DNA of 64,000 nt from a virus. The stretch is taken from the IMG/VR virus record IMGVR_UViG_3300035047_000215; one strand, 5' to 3'. The notes under the pieces are model-generated. The model was not told the DNA's origin. It was given only the letters and a program-made list of their open reading frames with translations, and ran no database searches. A program made the translations under genes and the position numbers. The number at the start of each line of letters is the position of its first letter. Position 1 is the first letter of the stretch. This document shows positions 44,925 through 54,373 of the stretch, piece after piece.

Positions 44925-45081
44925 CCTCCCTGAACCTTAGCACTTTAATACCAGCCGGATAAAATCCGCATAGCCTCTTTTTGTTCTTATAGACCGTTTT
45001 TAGGTCAATTTGCAAGAGGTCTGCGACTTCTTCCGGCTTCAGAAGCTGAGGGAGGTTATATGTCTGGTGGTTGGGTGTCAA
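44752..45081 (-). CDS. Excisionase-like HTH protein
   Basis: The N-terminal ..LLKPEEVADLLQIDLKTVYKNKKRL..GIKVLRFREDVINDIL resembles an HTH_17/Xis-type fold. The 3' part overlaps the int start in another frame, so the true C-terminus is uncertain. Confidence 0.5.
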   Translation of the reverse strand: MTPNHQTYNLPQLLKPEEVADLLQIDLKTVYKNKKRLCGFYPAGIKVLRFREDVINDILQGRQGVAVRFHEGRGSSHQVGVQNKNGVNGSGGRRKKTAQVCTDDFRHGF

Positions 45082-46737
45082 TTAAAAAAACCTCATTTCC
45101 GGTTCAACCAGCCTATCAAACACCGGCCGGCACCTGGACGGCGGTATGTACTGGCCCTTGTCCTCAAAAGGAAATTTCTGCTGCACCCTATCCCAACACT
45201 TTTCCAGTTCCGGCAGGGTCATGTCCCCCCGGGGTTTGCCGAACTCCCGCTTTACCTCCGCCATCACCAGGGGGAATTCGTATCCCTGAACAATGGCATA
45301 CCGTTTCAGATGCCGGTCAATCTGTTTTCTCAGGTCCAGTTCCCGGGCTTTCGGGGTTTGTGTGGGTGGTGCTATGGGCTGGTATGTCCCCACAATCCTG
45401 CTGGCCATGTCCCGGATCTGGGACCGCAACGGGACACACGGGCCGGTTTGCTGGCCGCCATTGCCTTCCTCCCCCAGTTCATCCACGGGGAACAACTCCA
45501 GCTGCTCTGTTTTGGGGGTTGATATCCGGGTCCGCTGTTCCTTTTCAATCACGTCCACAAACTCAAGGAATGCCGGGTCCCGGGGCGCAAATATATGCGC
45601 TGCCTGGGCGTGGAAAGAACCGGATTTTTTGCATACCCGGGTGGCCCGGCCCACGCACTGGGTCATCCATTCGGCGGACCTGATCCGGGTGAGGACGCAG
45701 ACATGGGATATGGCCGGCACATCGAGGCCCTCATACGCCACGGCAATGGTCACAAGGATGTCTGCCTGGGCCTTGAACATGTTGATATTCTGCTGGCAGG
45801 CTTTTGACTCGTGGCTGGTGGCAAGCAGGGCTTTAATGCCCAGCCCCTTCAAATACTCCAGGCACCTTTTTGCATCTTGGATCCGGGCACAAACAAACAA
45901 TATCTTGGCAGCCGGCTTTCCCTTTTTCCACTTCAGCCAATGCACCAGGCTGGCTTCCATCAGCTGTTCCGCAAACCCGGTTTCCAGGGCGGTGTACAGG
46001 GCGCTCGATCTGTCCGAAATCTGAACTTCCGAAAAGCTGGATACCTCCGTAACTTCCTCTTTGCCGATCTTTTTCCAGGAAAACTCCCCGTCATAAAGAT
46101 GGAATGACAGGGGCAGTATCGCCTTTTCCTGAATAGCCTCCGCGCGGGAATACTGGATCACATGGGTGTTTTCATCCCCCCGCAGGTCCACCAGCCCCCG
46201 GTGATACTTCACGCAGGCAATTTGTTTTTTGTTTGCCCGGGAAAGGGTCCCGGACATCTTTATAGTATAGGTGGCCGCTGCCAGGATCTGGTCAATGGCC
46301 TGGTGCCAGGGTGATTCGTCTTCAACATGGTGAAATTCATCCAGGATCACGATGTACCGGCGCCGGCGGATCTCCTGCACCACCTTGCGCTGTTTGTCTG
46401 CACCGATAGCCTGATATGTGGTCACAAACCCGTTTTGCCCCCGGCATGGGTCATTGTCGTTGGTCGATGCCCGGATACCCAGGTTAACCTTGAATAGTTT
46501 CTTGAAAAACGGGTCCATGAACACTTCCTCCGCCTGCTGCTGGAGTGATTGCCTTGGGACGATGCAGCATATCCGGTCTGCTTTCCCGGCCAGGATCAGT
46601 TTACCGGCATTAACCGGAACTGATCCCTTGCCGCCTCCCGGGATCACTGACATGATGATTTCACGGGCTTTGGATTTGCCGGATATCATCATGTCAATGA
46701 TCTGATTGAGTTCATATTGGTGTTTTCTAAGACTCAT
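45082..46737 (-). CDS. SF2 DEAD/DEAH-box helicase
   Basis: 551 aa. IPGGGKGSVP (motif I), VILDEFHHV (motif II) and QCVGRATRV (motif VI). Confidence 0.8.
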   Translation of the reverse strand: MSLRKHQYELNQIIDMMISGKSKAREIIMSVIPGGGKGSVPVNAGKLILAGKADRICCIVPRQSLQQQAEEVFMDPFFKKLFKVNLGIRASTNDNDPCRGQNGFVTTYQAIGADKQRKVVQEIRRRRYIVILDEFHHVEDESPWHQAIDQILAAATYTIKMSGTLSRANKKQIACVKYHRGLVDLRGDENTHVIQYSRAEAIQEKAILPLSFHLYDGEFSWKKIGKEEVTEVSSFSEVQISDRSSALYTALETGFAEQLMEASLVHWLKWKKGKPAAKILFVCARIQDAKRCLEYLKGLGIKALLATSHESKACQQNINMFKAQADILVTIAVAYEGLDVPAISHVCVLTRIRSAEWMTQCVGRATRVCKKSGSFHAQAAHIFAPRDPAFLEFVDVIEKEQRTRISTPKTEQLELFPVDELGEEGNGGQQTGPCVPLRSQIRDMASRIVGTYQPIAPPTQTPKARELDLRKQIDRHLKRYAIVQGYEFPLVMAEVKREFGKPRGDMTLPELEKCWDRVQQKFPFEDKGQYIPPSRCRPVFDRLVEPEMRFF

Positions 46738-49292
46738 TATGCCGCCCTTATCCCGCCTTCTTCAAACTCCAGCACATGATCCGCCATAGCCTGACATTCC
46801 TGGATGTGGCTGATGAAAACCAGTTTCGTGAATCCGCCCTGGTTCATCAGGGCGCGGTACATCTTGATAAACCTCTCGGCTTTCTCGGTATCCAGCTGGC
46901 CCGTTTCCTCATCCGCAAACGCGGTCAGGAACTGAATACCCGATTTCTCAGCATTCACCAGGATCTGTGCGGCCTTGAACGCCTGCAACAGCCACACGCT
47001 TTCCCCGCCTGAATAAGCGGCCAGCGGATAGGACTCCCCATCCCCCCGGGTCACCATCACGTCCAGGATCTCGGCACCGGTTTCCGGATCCTGGGTAATC
47101 AAATCAACAAAGAATTCCCCGCCGAATGCCTCATGCAGCAGATCATTTGCCAGTGACGTAAGCAACGGGGCCGCTGCCGAGATCTCCATAGCCTGTAATC
47201 CGGATTTGGATACCGCCGCCCGGGCATAGGTCCACCGGTTGATTTCCTGGCGGATGAACTGCTCGCGCTCCTTGAGTTCCTCTATCCGGTCTGCATCTTT
47301 TTGCAGCTTGCCGATATTATCCCGGCAGGTTTGGATAACATGTTTCAGGGTGGTGATCCGGTCGCGGTATTGCTGCCTTGCCCCGTCCAGGCTGGTCAAC
47401 AGGTTTTCGGTATCGGCCAGCTCTTTTTCGATCAGGGGCCGGGATACAGCGGAGTCTTTCATCTGAGAAATTTCAGTGTCTATCTGATTCAGTTTCAGGC
47501 TCAGATTTTGCCATTTCTCGTTAAGTGAAGCAGATGTTTCAGAATAAGCCTCATTCTCTAAATGGATGGCCTGGTTGATATCCCTCAGATTCCGTTCAGC
47601 CTCTGCTATATCCGACGCTTTCCCGGCCAGTTCTTCCAGGGCCTGGATCTTTGGCGGGATCTGCTTCAGTTCTTCCCGGTACTGGGCCATTTCCGCCTGG
47701 GCTTTTTCGATCAGTTGGCGGTGATTGTTTACCAGCCGTTCCTTTGCCTGAATCTGGTTGTCGATCTGTGCGACCGCTTCGCTGTCCTCTTTTTCCAAGC
47801 GGGTCCGCTCGTCCATATCTTCGCCAATGGCTATTTCAATCTGCTGTTTACCGGCTATCGCTTCTTCCCGCTCCAGATGTAATTTTTCACCCTGTTCCTG
47901 TACCCTGGATTGTTCCTGGGCAAGCAGCTTTTCTTTTTCGGCCTTTTGTTTCTGACCTTCCAGGGCGTTCACAATAAATGGACAGTCATCGATGGTGCAG
48001 GCATCCGGCCGCTTATCCAGCAAACCCTTGACGTATGCGTATCCCTCAAGGTCGCGTTTCAGTGACATGACAATCGGGTCCTGGTTCAGGTTGGATAACG
48101 CCGCTGACGTCTCCCTGATCTCCGTGTCCCGTTCAATCAGCTGCTGGTTCAGTTTGGCAAGCCGATCATTCAACTCTTTCAGCCGGGGGTTTATCCCTGT
48201 CTTGTACCGCTGTTCCTTCAGGTCCGAAATATCACGTTCCAACCCGGACACGGAATCCAAGGCGGCCCGTTCTGATCTTTGGATATTTTCGATCAGGGCA
48301 TTCAGGTGGGTTTCCAGGGCCTTGAGTCTCTCAATCTCAGCCGTGGCATTCTCGATTTCATCTTTCTGCAACAACAGATTCCGGTAGGGCTGTTCCTGTA
48401 TCCGGACAGCGGCCATGCGGTTCGCATGTTTTGCTTTAGAGTCTGCGATCTGTATGTCAACACCTACCCGCTCCGCCCGGATACCTTCCAGGTTCTTTGT
48501 TTTTTCCTGGATTACAAATTCATCCTGCCGGGCCTTTTCCAGTTTCTGCTGCAATCCTTTTATATGCTCCCGGGATTCCGTGATCCGCTGATCGGTTTCA
48601 TTCAGCTGAGTGACCGTCTGGTCCATCTGTTCGTTGCTGGTGTTGATCCGGGCTTTGTTCTCATCGATCTCGGCAGCGGACTGAGACAGCAACTCCTGTT
48701 CCTTTTCCACTTCCTTCAGGGCCAGTTCGCATTCATCCAGGGCGGGTTTGATGTTCCGCCACATTTCGGTGTAGCGTTCCAGGCCCAGGAGTTCGATCAG
48801 GAGTTGTTTGAATTCTCCGACGGGCAGGTCCGTGAGCTTTTTGCCGTTCTGGCAGCTGAAGATGGAAGAGTAAAAGAGCTTTTCCGAACCGAACAGTTCC
48901 GTCACCATCTTCTTATATTCGCTGATCTTCCCTTTCACCAGGGGTTCACCATCACAGGTGATATATCCCTCCGGTGACATGGTGGTTCCGGCCGGAACCT
49001 CGATCCGGAAAACATACTCCTTTCCCAGGTGTCGGTATGTGACTTCCTTATAGGAATCCCGGTCCTTGAACTGATTCTTGTAGGAGTACCGGCGGGGGTC
49101 TTTTAGCTGCCGTGACGGGAATACATAGAACGGTGACAGCATTTCGAGCAGGCTAGTTTTCCCCCGGCCATTCGGCCCGGCAAGGGTGATAAGCCCGGTC
49201 ATGTCCGTGAAGTCAATTTCTGTTTCTTCGACGCCCATTCCGTAAAATAATCCGATTGCGCCTTTTGATTTGAAACGTAATAGTTCAGCCAT
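46737..49292 (-). CDS. SbcC/Rad50-like SMC-type ATPase
   Basis: 851 aa. Walker A GPNGRGKTSLLE, a ~550-aa coiled coil with an apical DACTIDDCPF, signature YSGGESVWLLQ and Walker B LTAFADEE. Confidence 0.8.
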   Translation of the reverse strand: MAELLRFKSKGAIGLFYGMGVEETEIDFTDMTGLITLAGPNGRGKTSLLEMLSPFYVFPSRQLKDPRRYSYKNQFKDRDSYKEVTYRHLGKEYVFRIEVPAGTTMSPEGYITCDGEPLVKGKISEYKKMVTELFGSEKLFYSSIFSCQNGKKLTDLPVGEFKQLLIELLGLERYTEMWRNIKPALDECELALKEVEKEQELLSQSAAEIDENKARINTSNEQMDQTVTQLNETDQRITESREHIKGLQQKLEKARQDEFVIQEKTKNLEGIRAERVGVDIQIADSKAKHANRMAAVRIQEQPYRNLLLQKDEIENATAEIERLKALETHLNALIENIQRSERAALDSVSGLERDISDLKEQRYKTGINPRLKELNDRLAKLNQQLIERDTEIRETSAALSNLNQDPIVMSLKRDLEGYAYVKGLLDKRPDACTIDDCPFIVNALEGQKQKAEKEKLLAQEQSRVQEQGEKLHLEREEAIAGKQQIEIAIGEDMDERTRLEKEDSEAVAQIDNQIQAKERLVNNHRQLIEKAQAEMAQYREELKQIPPKIQALEELAGKASDIAEAERNLRDINQAIHLENEAYSETSASLNEKWQNLSLKLNQIDTEISQMKDSAVSRPLIEKELADTENLLTSLDGARQQYRDRITTLKHVIQTCRDNIGKLQKDADRIEELKEREQFIRQEINRWTYARAAVSKSGLQAMEISAAAPLLTSLANDLLHEAFGGEFFVDLITQDPETGAEILDVMVTRGDGESYPLAAYSGGESVWLLQAFKAAQILVNAEKSGIQFLTAFADEETGQLDTEKAERFIKMYRALMNQGGFTKLVFISHIQECQAMADHVLEFEEGGIRAA

Positions 49293-49825
49293 TATTGCTT
49301 TCCTTTGTTAAAATGTTTTTCAAAATATTCCGGCCTGACCCCATGCCCTGCCCATTCCCAGGGGTCAACCTCATCCGCCACATCCTCGTCTTTCACAGGC
49401 CCGACCGCGTTAATGGCCATATCTCTCACAAAAACAGGGACAAGCAAATCCGCCACCGCCTCCACCAACAACTTTTTGACTATTGCTGTTTGAATCTTGT
49501 CGCGATGGTTATTGAATATGTCTGTTTGTATAGCATACCCAAAACTGAAGACCGACCCGGCTGGATTGGGAGAAACCGAAAGTGCCACGCCCGGGTGTGT
49601 CGTAGAGATGTACCAAACCGCAATTTCTTTGTGATCATCACTGCCATATTCCGGTATGCCAAAACGTCGGAACATGTAGGCAAACAAAGGGCCGTACTCA
49701 ACATCTCTCAGCCTTTCTGGCAAATCAGATTCATCAAACCAAACAAATCCGCCTTTTGCGGCCCGATACTTTTTATCCGGGCTGAACCTGTAGGCTTTCG
49801 AATGCCATTTTGCTTTGGACGTCAT
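49292..49825 (-). CDS. Hypothetical protein inserted between the SbcD-like and SbcC-like genes
   Basis: 177 aa from ATG 49825 (ATGA overlap with the upstream stop). The listed longer start would overlap the upstream gene by 106 nt. Confidence 0.6.
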   Translation of the reverse strand: MTSKAKWHSKAYRFSPDKKYRAAKGGFVWFDESDLPERLRDVEYGPLFAYMFRRFGIPEYGSDDHKEIAVWYISTTHPGVALSVSPNPAGSVFSFGYAIQTDIFNNHRDKIQTAIVKKLLVEAVADLLVPVFVRDMAINAVGPVKDEDVADEVDPWEWAGHGVRPEYFEKHFNKGKQ

Positions 49826-51048
49826 GCCGCTTCCTCCTGTTTTGTGGTTTCCGGCTCCAACCTCTCCCGGGCATACCGGGCCAGATCCCCGGCTGTCAAT
49901 GTCTCGATCTGTTCCAGCATATCCCATATGCCGTCCGGCGCCGGACGGCTCCGGTGTTCGGCCAGGGCCTTGACTTTATCAACCAGACTTTCAGCTCTCA
50001 ACACGGCATCTTCCCGGGTGTTCTCTCTCCGGACCCGGTTGATTTCCATGGTGACCCGGGCACCCTTTTCCTCGATTCCCCGTTTGATAGCTGCCTGGTT
50101 GATCAGGCGGATCTCATCGATCCATATGTCGATGACAACTTTTACCCAGTCGCGGGGCTCTACCTGTGCCAGGACCCATTCCGTCAGCCCGTCGAATTGC
50201 TCCGGGTGCTTGATCAGGTCGATGTCGATCTGCTTCATTCTCCGGGTGGGGGTTTCGATGAATTTGCTGTGCCAGGTTTCACCATAATAATTGTGAACAT
50301 AGAACCCCTTTGCCTCATTCCGTTCACCAAAGTTGGCCCTGAAAAGGGATCCGGAGTGATATGCCGTACCACCCTGGTACTGGTATTCCTGGGCCATGTG
50401 AATGTGGCCAAGGCAGGTCAACGACGCCCTGGACATAGCTAAAGTATCCCGGGAAACAGATATTTCAGATCCGGGCAATGTCTGGTGTTCAGATATCTTT
50501 GACCCTTTCAAGGAAAAATGCCCGTTCAGGATATGGGGCGCGGTCTTCGATGATGCCGTCGATCCAAACCCAGCAAAGATGGTTCCCATGGCCTGGGCGA
50601 TGTTCTCGTTATCAAGTTCAGCTCCCTGGCGGTTCTTCCAATATTCCTTTGTGGGGGCCGGGATCTGGGTAACGACCAGGTCCGGTGCCGCCGGCACCCT
50701 GGCCCATGTGCCGTCTTCCAGGCAAATCTGTTCCGGTTCTGTGCTGACATGGATCATATGCTCACCGGCCACATGCCGCAGGATTTCCGGGATGCTGCCA
50801 TCATGGGAGGGAGTTCCTCTTACAACCGCCACCGGGGCAATGTCGGACATTTCCCGAAACAACCGGGCGATGGTCTTGGCGGACCGGGTGTCCGCGCCCA
50901 GGTACTGGCTGTTGGTGACATCACCCGAACAAATGAAAGCGTCCGGGTTGTCTGTTTTTGCCGAATGAATCATGTATTGCAGGCATTTCTCAGCCTCGTC
51001 ATGGTTCTTTTCATCGAAGTGGCAATCTGCAAAGTGATAAATTTTCAT
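49822..51048 (-). CDS. SbcD/Mre11-like metallophosphoesterase nuclease
   Basis: 408 aa. KIYHFADCHFD (DxH), ICSGDVTN (GD), LNGHFS and CLGHIHMA (GHxH). Confidence 0.8.
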   Translation of the reverse strand: MKIYHFADCHFDEKNHDEAEKCLQYMIHSAKTDNPDAFICSGDVTNSQYLGADTRSAKTIARLFREMSDIAPVAVVRGTPSHDGSIPEILRHVAGEHMIHVSTEPEQICLEDGTWARVPAAPDLVVTQIPAPTKEYWKNRQGAELDNENIAQAMGTIFAGFGSTASSKTAPHILNGHFSLKGSKISEHQTLPGSEISVSRDTLAMSRASLTCLGHIHMAQEYQYQGGTAYHSGSLFRANFGERNEAKGFYVHNYYGETWHSKFIETPTRRMKQIDIDLIKHPEQFDGLTEWVLAQVEPRDWVKVVIDIWIDEIRLINQAAIKRGIEEKGARVTMEINRVRRENTREDAVLRAESLVDKVKALAEHRSRPAPDGIWDMLEQIETLTAGDLARYARERLEPETTKQEEAA

Positions 51049-52028
51049 TTGGGCCTCCAGCTTTTAATATGTTTCAGGTAATCAGTCCTCGTATCCTGCT
51101 CCCACTCCACCAGCGGGGCGCTGCCCTTCATGTCCCGGTCAAAGTGGGGATAGCTTTTTGCCTGAACCAGCTGCCGGATAATGTTGACCTGTTCCTCCGG
51201 GTCACAGTTCTCGAAATCGACAATCTCCGGGTCCAGGGCTTCGGCGTCAGGGGTTTCGTCCGGTTCCTCGGCAGCATCCCGGGTACTGGCAATCATTTGG
51301 GGCTGGCTGGTGCCATAAACCCCTAAGACCGCCTGAGCAAAAGCACCCAGCTGCACCCTCTGTACTTCCGGATTTGCCGGGTCCAGGATGTACCGGACGA
51401 TGTAAAATCGCTTGGCTACCCCGTCATGCTGGTCTTTGGCGTTCGGGTACTCTTTAAACGAAACCGGCAGATGAAGGATGTTCCGGATAACCCGTGCCTG
51501 GGCACCCGACTCACACCGCTCATCCATTGTTTCCCGGATTTGGTTCAAATCCCTTTCGGTATACATCCGGATGAACTCGGCCTCGTCGGGGGGCCAGAGC
51601 TTTTTTCCATCCTTCTTTTTGAAGAAATACTGTTTCCGGTATTTTTCCTCGGCAGCCGGCCGCTTGGCATCCAGGTCAATGTGCTTGTGTCCGGCGACCT
51701 CGGCCCACAAACCTTCGGCGGTCCGATACCTGCCCACAACCCGGAAGCTGCAATAATTTGGGTTCCTCATATTATCCATCCGGCCAACTCTGCCATGGTC
51801 CGCTGCCCACTGGATGCCGGCAGCGTCCGCCAACTTCATGGCCGCGTAATGGTGTATCCCGAAACTGCCCTGTGCCGGGTAGAAATCCCCCGGGTTTAGC
51901 TTGACCACTTCCAGGACCGGGATAAACAGTCCGTTGACCTTCGGCAGCGGTACGGACGGGCAGAAAACAAAATGCCCGCCGGCTTTTGCCTCGTTTAACT
52001 GTGCTCTGAGTTCACTGTTTTGATCCAT
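51045..52028 (-). CDS. Hypothetical protein (position and acidic C-terminal tail are compatible with a single-strand annealing protein; unproven)
   Basis: 327-aa ORF upstream of the nuclease gene. C-terminal ..EEPDETPDAEALDPEIVDFENCDPEE. Confidence 0.55.
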   Translation of the reverse strand: MDQNSELRAQLNEAKAGGHFVFCPSVPLPKVNGLFIPVLEVVKLNPGDFYPAQGSFGIHHYAAMKLADAAGIQWAADHGRVGRMDNMRNPNYCSFRVVGRYRTAEGLWAEVAGHKHIDLDAKRPAAEEKYRKQYFFKKKDGKKLWPPDEAEFIRMYTERDLNQIRETMDERCESGAQARVIRNILHLPVSFKEYPNAKDQHDGVAKRFYIVRYILDPANPEVQRVQLGAFAQAVLGVYGTSQPQMIASTRDAAEEPDETPDAEALDPEIVDFENCDPEEQVNIIRQLVQAKSYPHFDRDMKGSAPLVEWEQDTRTDYLKHIKSWRPK

Positions 52029-52706
52029 TTATGCCTCCTTTGCAATCATGGCCAGGAGCTGGAGCTCCGGGGTCCGGAACTCTGCCTGAGCAATTCTTTC
52101 CAGTCGGTCATACAGGTCCGGGTGTTGTGTGAAATCGACCAAGACAGATATGATTTCAGGCGCCTTGTCTTCGGTTTCTTCATCCGGCTGGGTTTCTTCC
52201 GCTTTGTATGCGCCAAGATTGAGACCTCTGACACACTCTTTACACCGGGTGTCCAGTCCGTCCCTGCACGTCGGTGCGCTGTAAAAATGTTCCCGGTCGG
52301 CTGGGAAAGAGTCTCCGCAGATGCGGCAGGTTTTTTCTGGCTTTATGATTTCTATACCCTCCGCCTCTTCGGCTTCCATGGATGGCTTTGGGGCCTTTCC
52401 AGGTTTTTGTTCTCCAGACGTTTCCTGTTTCGGTGGCCGGCCTGGCCCTTTGTTCGTCTTAGCTATCGCATCCGGGTACATTGCATTTATTGTTGACCTC
52501 ATGGCTTCCTCCTTATATGGTTTATAGTTTCCTTTTTTGACCTGCTTACCCTGGGCGCATTTTCCACACCGTGGATCCTTTGGGATCTTATTGAGCATCC
52601 AGGCCGGGGGTGTTTTTTTCTCATCGTTCCGCTCCTGGCGGAGAAGACACCCGGACACGGTGATGGTGCAGCGGTGGGTTTCGCAGAATATCTTGTCCTG
52701 ATTCAT
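52029..52706 (-). CDS. Cys-rich (zinc-finger-like) hypothetical protein
   Basis: 225 aa with several CxxC pairs (CGKCAQG, CRICGD, CKEC) and a Lys/Pro-rich centre. Confidence 0.55.
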   Translation of the reverse strand: MNQDKIFCETHRCTITVSGCLLRQERNDEKKTPPAWMLNKIPKDPRCGKCAQGKQVKKGNYKPYKEEAMRSTINAMYPDAIAKTNKGPGRPPKQETSGEQKPGKAPKPSMEAEEAEGIEIIKPEKTCRICGDSFPADREHFYSAPTCRDGLDTRCKECVRGLNLGAYKAEETQPDEETEDKAPEIISVLVDFTQHPDLYDRLERIAQAEFRTPELQLLAMIAKEA

Positions 52707-52951
52707 GCGGGCATGTCCTTCTTGATAACCCCGACGCTATCAATGATTTCTCCGGCGGTGGTGTGATAGATGAAACACCGGTTGAACCACGGCCAGCCAT
52801 AGATGGCAAACGCAAAGGTGTATTTCCCTTTCGACGCCCGGATGGACCGGAAAAGGTCGGTGCGGTATACTCCGAACCGTTGAACGCAAAAATCCGGCAA
52901 ACGGTTTAAGCCGTTTCCGGATTCCAAATTGTCTACAGATTGTTTTGTCAT
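52703..52951 (-). CDS. Hypothetical protein, first gene of the leftward early operon
   Basis: 82 aa from ATG 52951, preceded by AGGGGGG. Confidence 0.5.
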   Translation of the reverse strand: MTKQSVDNLESGNGLNRLPDFCVQRFGVYRTDLFRSIRASKGKYTFAFAIYGWPWFNRCFIYHTTAGEIIDSVGVIKKDMPA

Positions 52952-52968
52952 GAAGCCCCCCTGTAAGG

Positions 52969-52995
52969 GGGCCGTGGTCACCTGTGGAGGGCGAT
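52969..52995 (+). repeat. 27-bp perfect repeat, copy 1 (GGGCCGTGGTCACCTGTGGAGGGCGAT)
   Basis: Identical to 54374-54400. It lies at the predicted +1..+27 of the leftward promoter. Confidence 0.9.
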
Positions 52996-53001
52996 GCTCA
53001 G

Positions 53002-53030
53002 ATTAAAGCAAAATGGCGGGGTGATGTCAA
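53002..53030 (-). promoter_or_regulatory. Leftward early promoter (PL-like)
   Basis: The minus strand reads TTGACA (53030-53025), 17 nt, TTTAAT (53007-53002), directly upstream of the leftward operon. Confidence 0.55.
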
Positions 53031-53124
53031 TAGTTTTTTTGGACTAGGTAGTTTCCCCTATACGGATTAGGTGGTTTCTCTGATTGGACAGTGTTTACTT
53101 TTTGTGATAAACGGTATAATGCGA

Positions 53125-53709
53125 TTATTCCCCGCTATCGCTGCCTGTGTCTCTTTTTTTGCGTTCAGCTTCCTGTTTTTTGGCAACGATCTCTTTTCTG
53201 GTCTCGATGTACTGGAGGATACCGTTAAGCTCTGTGGGGTCCATGGCTTCGAGGTCAACCAATTCCTGGTTGATCTGGAGTGCCTTGTCCTTCTGCTGAA
53301 ACTTCTCCACCACCTTCCAGTGCTGCTGGTCGATGGAGGTGATGTTTGATGAAATTCCTCCGCCAGTAAACCCCGGCATCAAAGCCTTTAATTCATTTCT
53401 GACGGTTTCCCCTATCCGTTCCTTTATATCATCCTTTATAGGATCAAGTTCGTCTTGTCCGATCCGGACCGCTTCTTCATATGACACGCCAGTTGCTTCA
53501 AGTGCTGCTTGCCGGAGATCAAACGGGAAGTTTTGGAAATACCTTTCACCAGTTTCTTTTTTGCGGCCGGTCAGAATATAGCTCAACTTGGACGGTGAGA
53601 TATCAAGAGCCGCAGCAATCTGTTTGCCGTTGAGGCCCTGGCCATCGCTCAGGTATTTATTGAGCCATGCTCTGAAAATTTTTTCTTCATTTTTCATAAT
53701 TTTTAACAT
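53125..53709 (-). CDS. HTH repressor-like protein (CI analogue, no S24 peptidase domain seen)
   Basis: HTH ..LNGKQIAAALDISPSKLSYILTG.. and a coiled-coil C-terminus. Divergent from the cro-like gene. Start uncertain (53709, 53697 or 53724). Confidence 0.6.
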   Translation of the reverse strand: MLKIMKNEEKIFRAWLNKYLSDGQGLNGKQIAAALDISPSKLSYILTGRKKETGERYFQNFPFDLRQAALEATGVSYEEAVRIGQDELDPIKDDIKERIGETVRNELKALMPGFTGGGISSNITSIDQQHWKVVEKFQQKDKALQINQELVDLEAMDPTELNGILQYIETRKEIVAKKQEAERKKRDTGSDSGE

Positions 53710-53796
53710 AGTCCACCCACGCATTAAAGGTCAAAGACAATTATTGTTAAATATTTTCAGTTGGTTTCGCATTGGTTTTCAATTTGAAAAAAGTTG

Positions 53797-53825
53797 TTGA
53801 CATATGACAATAATTAACATAGATT
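53797..53825 (+). promoter_or_regulatory. Rightward early promoter (PR-like)
   Basis: TTGACA (53797-53802), 17 nt, TAGATT (53820-53825). The ATG of the cro-like gene lies 6 nt after the -10. Confidence 0.55.
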
Positions 53826-53831
53826 GCCATT

Positions 53832-54035
53832 ATGAAAATCAAACAAAAACATGTTTGCAGGCGATATGGGTTGAGCCCGACCATTGTTTCTCTGACTCTT
53901 GCGGGGAAACGATCCGTGTCATGGCCATGGGCCATGAAGCTGGCTGAGGACTTCCCAGGCAAATCTGTTGTCCAGTGGAAAGATGCCGACCCTGAAGATT
54001 TAATAAAAGCGTTTCGTTCTTTGGAAACTGAATAA
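53832..54035 (+). CDS. Cro-like HTH regulator
   Basis: 67 aa. ..VCRRYGLSPTIVSLTLAGKRSVS.. Divergent from the repressor-like gene. Confidence 0.6.
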   Translation: MKIKQKHVCRRYGLSPTIVSLTLAGKRSVSWPWAMKLAEDFPGKSVVQWKDADPEDLIKAFRSLETE

Positions 54036-54115
54036 ATCATGAAACGACTCCTTTTCTCCAATCATTCCCCTCCCAGGACGCAACTGCAAACAATTAAAAT
54101 TTCAAAGGATTGCAG

Positions 54116-54361
54116 ATGATTGCAGAACTCCTTGAACAGGCGTTGATAAAGGTTGGGAGCGGGAAAGCCCTGGCCGACACGCTTGATATAACACCATCGG
54201 AACTTTCAAGGATCAGGTCTGGTGATGTCGGCATGAAGCTGACAAAGATTTCAAAACTGATCGAGGTATCGGGTTTCACCCTGGTGCCGGCAGATCATGA
54301 CCGGCGATTAAAAGAAGCATTAAAGACCGTTTCTGCCCTGTGGGCTGAGGCGGATAAATAG
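54116..54361 (+). CDS. CII-like HTH regulator
   Basis: 81 aa from ATG 54116 with an AAAGGA RBS; the listed start at 54110 is TTG. ..GKALADTLDITPSELSRIRSGD.. parallels the CII-type ..S.ISRWK.. motif. Confidence 0.5.
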   Translation: MIAELLEQALIKVGSGKALADTLDITPSELSRIRSGDVGMKLTKISKLIEVSGFTLVPADHDRRLKEALKTVSALWAEADK

Positions 54362-54373
54362 AAACCAACAACC

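Noticed and set aside
45060-50442. Plus-strand ORFs of 200-330 aa antisense to the helicase, SbcC-like and SbcD-like genes (for example 45293-46024, 48279-48977, 49295-50287)
   Set aside because: The minus-strand genes carry complete catalytic motifs and are translationally coupled. The plus-strand translations are low-complexity shadows.
53092-53120. Perfect plus-strand TATAAT (53115-53120) pointing into the 3' end of the repressor-like gene (possible antisense promoter)
   Set aside because: No acceptable -35 lies at 16-18 nt (the best, TGTTTA, matches 2 of 6) and there is no TG extension. An isolated -10-like hexamer in AT-rich DNA is expected by chance.
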